A stretch of DNA of 60,709 nucleotides, taken from assembly GCF_006345805.1 (NCBI RefSeq), contig NW_021832424.1, forward strand, positions 1 through 60,709. The letters run 5' to 3'. Under the pieces are notes generated by a model. That model saw nothing but the letters and a program-made list of their open reading frames with translations, was not told where the DNA came from and did no database searches. The stretch comes from Octopus sinensis. Taxonomy: Eukaryota. Shown in pieces: positions 51,524 to 60,709 of the stretch. Within the stretch, counting starts at the first letter, position 1, and every line of letters starts with the position of its first letter. A program made the translations under genes and the position numbers.

Positions 51524-52311
51524 AAGTTTAAAGTTAGAAAACATCTTTATCAATGTTGATAACTAAAATGTTTCAATATGATAAATTAACAAGTACAAAA
51601 CAGAAGGTGTAAGTTTGAATGTTCATAGCAGTCAATAAAATGAAAACTGTATATCAATTTGTTTGAATGTATAAAGGTCATTAATTTTAGGGGTGTCGAC
51701 AAGTCATACTGAAAAAAAAAATTGTGAAATGAAAATACTAAAAAAATGGGAATTTGGTTTACAGTTTTTTCTGATCTCCTTCTAATAGTCGCTTTCGCTT
51801 GTAGTGGTATGTTTTGGGATCAGATGAATTTACATTCTTCTTCTGCGAGCGGATCAGAGTTTTGATTCGTAAAAATTCTGGTGACGTTCTTTTTCCGTGG
51901 TCAGGCTTGGTTGGTTCGTTGTGGATGCAGTCATAAGTCGTTCCAGTTGGTTGGTTCTCTTAAAGGGTCATTTCGTTGTATTCGCTGAAATTCGGTTTTG
52001 ATTGGTCGGTAGTTAGGTGACGTCAGCAACTGGTGTTTGTAGAATTTCATTAAATTGGAGGTGGATGACGTCAGCAGTTGATGTTTGTATGGTGATTAGG
52101 AGTTGCGGTTTCGGAACCCGGGTGGAAGATGGTTACTAAAGTTTTCAGAAAAAATTTTTTGCTGTTCCTGTTGCTTTTTTTAGTCTTTGTTCTTTTCTTT
52201 TACTGGTTTGTCTTCTTTCAAAAGGATATTCAGCTGTGGTTTATATTTTTTAATCAGTAATATATATATAAATATACATATATTTTTAGTCAGTAATATG
52301 TATACATATAC

Positions 52312-52384
<73 letters not shown>

Positions 52385-53999
52385 AATATATATATATACA
52401 TAAACCCACGCACACATATACACTTGAATGGTTGTGTTTGGAAACAAATTCTTTTATATTATTTGCTTATATTTTTATGTTATTATATTTTTACGTTATT
52501 CGTTACTTTCACTTTACAGCTTGATTTTGTTACCTTTTTTAAATTAAAGATGGTGAAATTCTAAATTTCTGAACTGAATTTTTTCTATTATAATAATAGC
52601 ACAATATTTCTTGATATCGATGCTTCCCTTTTACTAACCAAACCAGCGCAATTTTCTCCAGCTCTAACCTCTCATATATTGAGTATACAAGGAGTGAATT
52701 TTGTGTGTATAACTCAGAGCTTAAATGGTGATTTAACCGTGTTATTCCATGATCGGATGAGCTAATTTCTATATTTGCATTCATTTGTGAATGTACAGTT
52801 GTATTGTATCATGCTGACCATACATATTAATGCAAACGTACGCATAATCTCTTGCATAATAAGATAATATTAATATTACATGAATAAGAAATGTCCGTAA
52901 TCCTACCGATGTCACATGGTTAAATAAATATATATTCACCTCTCATACCCTCTAACTTTCTCTCTCTATATCTCTGTCTTCCTTTCCTCTCTCTCTCTCT
53001 CTCTCTCTCTCCTCTCTCTATATATATATATATAGATATATATATATATATATATTATATGCATTTATGTATGTATCTAATGTTTGTGTGTGTGCATACA
53101 CACACATCACATATATACACGCCCAATTACATGCATACATTCACGCGTACATATAGAGAGATATTTGGGAGAAAGAGCTAGGGGAGAGGCGGAGATGGGA
53201 GAGATAGAGCGGGACTTGAACATCCTTAATCGAAATGTTTTGTGTCGGAAAGGTTTCAGATTTCAGATCCGTTTTCTCCAAAACGATTGTGTATTTGTAT
53301 CTATACTGCATGAACCGAGAAAGGGATCTATGTCTAAACGCTATTTATTTACAATTTATATCTCTGCTTATACATATGCTATGAAAATATATATTTTGCG
53401 CTAGGAAAATTCTCACCCAAACAAGACTACCTAACACATCGATATACATTCCATTAATAAATCTGCAGACAAATTTACCTCCAGATTGTTTTAGTTAAAG
53501 AGGGCAGGCTAGTTGGTACGGGAATGAAAGCCGGTGTGTGATGAACCCCAGCTGGGGTCAAATGAAATGGAGGGTTTTTGATGTTGAAGGACGCGAAAAC
53601 CCAGTAAAACAACAGTAACATCACTTGTTTTGCATCCCAGAGCATTCCAGAGGATCCTTGAGCTATATTGCAATAAGCTACAGTTCTCCTTTGCTGTTTA
53701 CATTTTATGTCCACTTACATATCCATTATTTTTAATCTTCTCAGATAATCATTTTTTCCCCTCTCTCTTAATTTTGGTACAAATTCTGCAATTTCAAATA
53801 TGAATCATTTATAAAATATATGATAACAGAATTCGCAGAAAACATTATTTCTCAATGTTCGATATTTTCAAAAGTCAGGTAAATAACTAAAATTTATATA
53901 AAGCCACGATTATGGTAAATTTCCGAGCAATGTCTAGAATTTTCCATTTCTGGCTTCACTCTGGCTTCCTGTTGGTGATATTGCAAAATATTTTCATTT

Positions 54000-54038
<39 letters not shown>

Positions 54039-54353
54039 GCACGCACGCACGCACGCACGCACGTACGCACACAAACACACATGTGTATATATGTGTATGT
54101 ATTTACGTATGTCTGTATAGAGAATGAATGAATGACAGCAGAACTGAAGTTACATAATGGCTTTCATCAGTTCACTGCAATTTCTGTTGAAGCATTGTAC
54201 TCACAGTTTCCAAGTTAATGAAAATGGTTGCCTAAGCTCTGTATATTTGTCATTCATTAATTCTTATCATTTTATTTGGCACTCTAAATATAAATACATT
54301 GATTTCTAACAAAAGGTTATAGAAACTGTTATGACTAAATCTTTATGGGTATG

Positions 54354-54625
54354 TACGAGATGTGTTCACAAAGTATCTGACATTATTTGTTCCGATCAAA
54401 ACACATGTCGCATAGGCAAAATCCTTTGGGCGGGAAGCGACCCCACCCTTTCTTCGCCTCCATGATAATTTTCGCGCTGGTTAGCTGCGTCAGTTCCCGT
54501 TTGTAACGCCTGGAGTACAGACGTGTAGTGCGCACACGTTGGATTTCGTTTTTGCGCAAGATGACCCACGCGGCATAAGTCTTGGTCGGAAAAATAAAGT
54601 CGGATACTTTTGAATGCACCTCGTA
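54354..54625. mobile_element. Mariner-type MITE
   Basis: TA-cgagatgtgttcacaaagtatctgac / gtcggatacttttgaatgcacctcg-TA. Confidence 0.85.
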
Positions 54626-56430
54626 TAAAGGGCGGTGGGGTGAGTGCGTGTGCGAATGTATGTGTGTGTTATGTTTCGTATGTGTGTGTGCGTGTGTCTG
54701 TGTGTGCGAATGTGTTGTGTGCGTAAGTATGTGTGTATGTGTGTGTGTGTGTGTGTGTGCGTGCGAGTGTGTGTGAGTGCGTGTGTGTTGTGTGCGTATG
54801 TGTGTGTGTATGTGTATGTGTGCGTGTGAGTGTGTGCGTGTGTGTATGTGCACGTGTGAGTGTGTGTGTATATGTGTATGTGTGTGTATATGTGTATATG
54901 TGTGCATGTGTGAGTGCGCGTGTAAGTGTGTGTGTTTGTGTGTATGTGTGTGTATGTGTGTGTGTGTGCGTGTGTGCGTATGTGTGCGTGTGTGTGTATG
55001 TGTTTGTGTGTCAGTAATTCTCACGATTTGAGAAATTTTGAAATCATTGAAAGCAAATGCGTTTTGTAAAATGTCTCAACTTTTGCAAATGTATGAAAGA
55101 TTATGATTTTTCTTGTAAACATTTGTTAGTAATGCTCTGTTAACCGACACAAGCTATTAAGGATAGATTGTGACCAAACATGGTAACTGCGGTCCAGACT
55201 CCTTTCAGAAAGTGCTATGGAATGATAAACAAAGTATTGAGCTTACAAGGGAAAGCATACAGCGTTGTTTTTCATACAACTAGAGAGAGAGAGAGAGAAA
55301 TCGAATTCCGTCTGTATTTTAACAAATGTGAAGGAGCATTCAGAAAATAGAATAATGATATGAGATGAATATTTATCTGAAGGTGTTTGCAAGCAAAGGA
55401 AGTGTTTGAATAACATATATCCATAAGGAAAAAGTGCAAAGAGATCATGTTTACAACAAAACCATGCGAAGAAGCAAACATGATTAAATATAAACTCCCT
55501 GGAAATTATGTTTGAACCAGGTCAGAGTGCATACGTGAATAACATTGAAGCAAGTATTGAGCACGAAGTCTCTGGAGTTAATATGTTAATAGCAATTAAT
55601 AATTAATAGCAGCTATTAATAGCTACTGATAAGAAATTAATAGCATCATTTATATACGTGGATTATCGTGGTGGTAGGTTTAACTTTTAGCATCTCGGTT
55701 AATAATGCATCTTCATCTGACAAATATTACTATTGATTCAGAACTTTCTTCCTAAATTTAGCTTTAGTAATGATACAATTTACAGTATATCACAATTTAA
55801 TAGTATGTGTAGAAGTGTGTGCGGCTGTAATGATTGATATAAGTGTCCTTTACATAGCCAGTGGTTCCGAACAAATTAGGCATCTGAATGCTCTGTCCCA
55901 ACACCTAAAAAAGTATACTGCTATATCGGTGCTGCAGCGTCAACATTCAAATACATTTGCAACATCGCATACTATCTTTTAATAGGAAACGCAAATTGAA
56001 TGATACACGATTGGCAAAATTTATTTGGAATATTAAGGATAGAAACCGAAATTATTCGATTTCGCGGTACTTCCTTATACGACAGAAGAGGGCAATGTAA
56101 TTTTTGCTGCATAGAGGCATTGAAAGCTTAAAGATGTAGGTTTGGACGTACAAATATATATAATAAACTTTTGATTCGTTTTTCACACAAATTTAATAGG
56201 ATATTTTTTAATTCATTCAGCCAAATTATATAATGTTAGATTAAATGTATTTCCACTCTCAGTGTTACTATAAATTTTTACTTATCTCTCCCATGACTCT
56301 CTTATAAACCCTTTTACTCTCTGCTAAACCTATTAACAATATCATATGATCTTCTCATCTTTATTTATGTCGTTCCTTAATAAAACAATGACATACATTT
56401 GTCCCAATGATAATACATAGTTCTTGTACG

Positions 56431-57665
56431 TATTGGGTTGGCAACTAAGTTCTCTCGGTTTTTTTAAATTTTGGAATTTATTGCGTTTTTAAATTTCAGA
56501 ATTTATTTTTTTCGAGAATTCTATTTTTGAATCATTTTGCAATCTATTTTGTTTGTTTTTTTTTTTTCTAGTTAATTTCAGTTTTATTTTTATTTTCAAA
56601 TCATTAAAATGGAATGTCAAGTTAAGGAAAACGAGCATTTTCGACACCTCCTTTTTGCTTTTAATCAAAGTTCTAAGGCCGCAAAAGCTGCTCGCGACAT
56701 TTGTATTGTGTATGGAGAGAGTGCCATAGCTGAAAGAACCGGTCGTGATTGGTATGCCAAGTTCAAAAATGAAATTTCGTCCTCAATGATGCACCTCGTT
56801 CTGGCCGTCCAGTTGAGTTCGATTGAAGAGCGATTAAACCAACTTTTGCCCGAAAATTCTCGTCAAACGACAAGAGAACTAGCAGAGAAAATGGAATGCT
56901 TCCACACTGCTATAGAGAAGCGTCTTCACTTGATGGGAAAGGTTCAGAAGTATGCTTTAAGTAACAAAAACAAAAATCAACGAGCCACAATCTCCGCTGG
57001 TTTGCTTGCTCGTCACTGCTCAACTCGTGGACTCAAGCAACGATTTTTTTACCGAATCGTTAATATAAAGCAGCGTAAAGAATAGCTTAGCCCCGATAAA
57101 ACAAGCAACACCACGCGTGATACAAGAACGATGTTGTGCGTATGGTGGGACTAAGAAGGGATTATCAATTACGAATTGCTTGAACGGAACCAAACGGTCA
57201 ACGCAGAACTCTATGTTCAACAGACGGAACGACTCAACGCGGTTATTCAACAGAAAAGACCTAATTGGCAGCATGTAGTTCTGTTGCACGACAACGTCCA
57301 CCCTCATATCACCAATATGACCAAGGAAGCCATCCAAACGCTTGGCTGGGAAGTGCTGCCACACCCGCCGTACTCTCCTGATTTGGCAGCAACAGATTTC
57401 CACCTCCTTCGATCTCTATGAAATGCTATATCACAGAGTTTCGTTCAAAACTGATGCAGAATTGAGAGCTTGGTTGGATCAAATTTTCGAGTCGAAATCG
57501 GGTGATTTCTACCAATGATGTATTGAAAATATTGTTGAATGTTGGGAAGAAGTTGTAAATAATAAGGGTTAATACATTATTGATTAATTAGTAGCTACTT
57601 TTTGTTAAATCGTTTAAAAAATTTTAATAAAAAAAAACCGCGGCAACTTAATTGCCAACACAATA
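56431..57665 (+). mobile_element. Near full-length mariner transposon
   Basis: TA-ttgggttggcaactaagtt / aacttaattgccaacacaa-TA; ~1.23 kb. Confidence 0.92.
56609..57587 (+). pseudogene. Mariner transposase pseudogene
   Basis: MECQVKENEHFRH.., LLHDNVHPH, EVLPHPPYSPDLA. The GDEKW motif is deleted and there are several stops and frameshifts. Confidence 0.9.
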
Positions 57666-57711
57666 TGTATATATGTATGCGTATCTTTATATATGCGTGC
57701 ATACATATATG

Positions 57712-57790
<79 letters not shown>

Positions 57791-57832
57791 TCAGTTCTGA
57801 ATATGCTCCGGTTAAATTTACAATTTGAAAAT

Positions 57833-57894
57833 AGGATAAAATCTTTATAAAAATTTATCAACTACTTGATAAATTCTTATAAAGATGTTATCCT
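57833..57894. repeat. AT-rich hairpin (29-bp arms, 2 mismatches) between (TA)n tracts
   Basis: aggataaaatctttataaaaatttatcaa-ctac-ttgataaattcttataaagatgttatcct. Confidence 0.75.
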
Positions 57895-57913
57895 ACTTTT
57901 AACTTATATATAT

Positions 57914-57962
<49 letters not shown>

Positions 57963-57980
57963 ACATACATACATACTACA

Positions 57981-58016
<36 letters not shown>

Positions 58017-59006
58017 TATCATATATGTGTGTATTTACGTATGTGTATATGTGCATTTTACTTTATATTTATCATTCCTTTTCCTTTGTCAGTTTTTTCC
58101 CTTTCTTTTATAACCATTCAGCGATTCATTTTATAGCAATGACATTTTTATAATAATTTTCTTTTATTTTGTCAAATATTTGACGAAATATTCTACTTTA
58201 TTTGTTGCACAGTCGGTACGTAGTCAGCCGCCTCTATACCTACACCATTATTTCTATAATTCTATCTTTCATAGTCATTCCATCATTGTCATTCTCTCTC
58301 ATTCTCTTTCTTCGATTTTATACGTTTTATGCTTCTTTGATCTTCCTCTAGGTTTACTCTCCATTAATGGCTCTTTTGAAAATATCCTCATGATTGCTGC
58401 TGATTGGAATCGCAGTACTTATTGCTCAGATAGAAACCTCTCTGATCTGCCTACTCGAATACCATCGGTGTCTCAATAGATCTTATCTGGGTGATGATGT
58501 GATTTTCTGTCAGTTTAATTCCATTATTTATTTCATACTCTGATGTTATGTTAACCTAATTGTTGTCTTGCTATGCCATTCAATGCCCTTCCCTCCTGCC
58601 TCCTGCATTTATTATTGTATCTGCCTATGTACAAATATATTGCACCTTTAGTAGACATAATAAAATGACTGGACTAGATGTTCTTTTATATCGCATGAAT
58701 TCGCATCTTTGCATATATGATCACACACGTTAATTGATATAACAATTTCATTTGTTATTAAACGACTTTAATTGATTGCTAATTGTTATGCGTGTATTTT
58801 TTTAATACTCCGTGACGAATGGATAATTTCTGCATTCACTGTGTGATTGAAATATTTTGGATTTACTTGATTTTGTTTCCTTTTTGTACAAACACTTAGC
58901 CTGGATTTCGCGTGGAGTGCCTAACCACCTCCGTCCAGCCAGTTGCCATGATCGACCGCTAGCCACTAAAGTTTTATTTTCTCTCTCTGTTTATTTTCTC
59001 GTGTTT

Positions 59007-59044
59007 CTTTCTGTTGAAGACCGTTAGGTTCGAAACGTAAAAAG
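59007..59044 (+). ncRNA. A6U hammerhead-like motif (copy 3)
   Basis: cttt-CTGTTGA-a-GACC-gtta-GGTTC-GAAAC-GTA-aaaag, in a repeat (~58945-59113) ending in (TA)n. Confidence 0.55.
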
Positions 59045-60709
59045 CTTTCTCACCTTCCCGAGCGTTAAACAAATATGCCTGCCTCCGTCTTTTGTTTATT
59101 TTTTGTAAATTCCATATATATATATTAAATGTGTGCGTGTTTGAGAAGTCCTGTGTATATGTGTTTTGCATGTAAGTTCTGTTTTTTTGTTTTACTAATT
59201 TTCATTCTTCCTATAAAGAGAGAGATGATTTCCAATAGACCTAGACTGCCCTATGGTTGGAATTCCGATAACAAACGCGTTATCACTGGAATTTGGATAA
59301 CAAACTTGTTGCAAGTTGTACTATAGGTATTTCTCGGATATATTGGAGAGCATCCACTGATTGTATGCGTATTATCTTCTACAGACAGGCAACGTATTCG
59401 GCATTTTCGAGCGGCAATTGTGAGATTAAGGACCTCACTTGCCCTATTTTCGTAATTGCCTCCTGAGTTTAAATTAAAAAAGTTTGATGTTTGTAAATTA
59501 ACATAATGTAACGTTTAGATGTCCAAGGGAGGTCACACTTCATGTTAATAAAAGCGTTATTCTTAGCGGTATTTCGTCGTTGCGTTCTGAGTTCAAATTC
59601 CGCCGAGGTCCCCCAAAATTGCAGGCCTTGTGTCCAAATTTGAAAGCAATGTTAACATTATCCTCAAGTTTGCAAGTAACGTACCAGCGCATGGCACTGT
59701 GTGTTTACATGCGTGTGCGTGCGTGCGCGTGAGGGTGTTAATTCTTCCAGATTTTGGTCAAAATACGCTATTGCAGTAATTCGGTGATCCTCTCGAAAGT
59801 CAGTGGGAAGAGTATAGTTCAAGAGAATTACTCCTGACCCGTGGGATGCATTTAATTGGGCAGGCTGTTGATTAGCAGAAGCTCATTGTATGAAAGCAGA
59901 CAATACTCAAAGATTGTCTACAACGTTCTTATGCTTCTTCCTCACTCCTTTCTTCTGCGAATTGCGTTTTTAATATCTAAGGGAAGGGTTTTTTTTCTAT
60001 GAACCAGTCGATATCCCAAATTTTGCCAATCAGTAGAGGTACAGCAAACGGCTTGTATGAGAAGGCTCTAGCTGCCGAAGTTTTTAAACTTTGGAAAATA
60101 GCACCATTGTATGGCATAGTTTCAACAATACCGAGATATTTGTAGAATTCTAGTATTCTTTATATGGAGAGACCGTTTATGCAAAAGTCTTGAGTTCGGG
60201 AATGAGGGCCTTTGCATTCAACTAACCAATATAACCGTTTCTTTTACCCCAAATTCTGTTCTTATATACTGAAAATGTGGATGATTAATTTGGCTGTTTC
60301 TTGACATTATACATATTTCTACTATAAATATTTAGATCGTTCAAAAGTGATTCAAGGTAAGACTCCTCTGTCTTGCGGTTGTAAATCTTAACAAATGGAA
60401 TTTGTAAAGAACTGAGAGTGGATTTAGTGCCAAAATAAAAAAAAAAGGAGAGGCAGAGAGTCCTCGTGGAAAATACTCTTCAAATACGATTGTTGCCCTG
60501 ATTTTTGTTGAAGTAGCCAAGGTAGAAATATGTGTTTGCTAAATAAATTAACTATAAAACATGAACAGTAAAAGAAATGAAAGCAGTTCTGTAACTAAGA
60601 CATACTGTCAAAATGATTTTGCGGTATTAGCTTAATTTTTATAGTACAGTTTTAGTCATCAAAAGTATATGTATATGTGAGTGTGTGTATGTGTGTGTGC
60701 GCGTATGCA

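Noticed and set aside
53475-53714. 79-aa minus-strand ORF ending at a GAG|GTAAAT donor
   Set aside because: No credible acceptor and no recognisable protein in any frame.
59830-60230. Possible decayed LINE RT tail on the minus strand
   Set aside because: Too many stops, and the motif match is too weak to support.
60336-60356. 21-nt microexon with AG|GTAAGA donor
   Set aside because: Splice signals alone are insufficient without RNA evidence.

Overview
AT-rich eukaryotic DNA dominated by microsatellites. The repeat families resemble those of Octopus/cephalopods (inference from recall, no search run). Nearly all ORFs in the supplied track are artefacts of (TA)n, (GATA)n, (CA)n or (AAT)n. No intact host gene is visible; there is one plausible terminal coding exon (11993-12125). 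The rest is a mosaic of transposon remnants: RTE, HERO, Tx1/L1, R4/Dong and CR1-type LINEs, two Penelope-like (PLE) coding fragments, four mariners, hAT and Kolobok-like MITEs, Helitron-like ends, a probable solo LTR and several tRNA-derived SINE families. The main signal not explained by the ORF track is 16 type I hammerhead ribozyme (HHR) motifs read by eye, from about 11 unrelated short repeat families, most of them inserted in (TA)n. They include a tandem 590-nt retrozyme-like unit with two intact HHRs, a tRNA-headed SINE carrying an HHR, two independent U3-A8 core covariants and a three-copy family with U instead of A at core position 6. Other microsatellites host other elements: (GATA)n hosts Tx1 and (AAT)n hosts R4/Dong. 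One SINE family shares its 3' tail with the Tx1 LINE. HHR coordinates were counted base by base; boundaries of decayed elements are approximate. No folding, alignment or database search was run.
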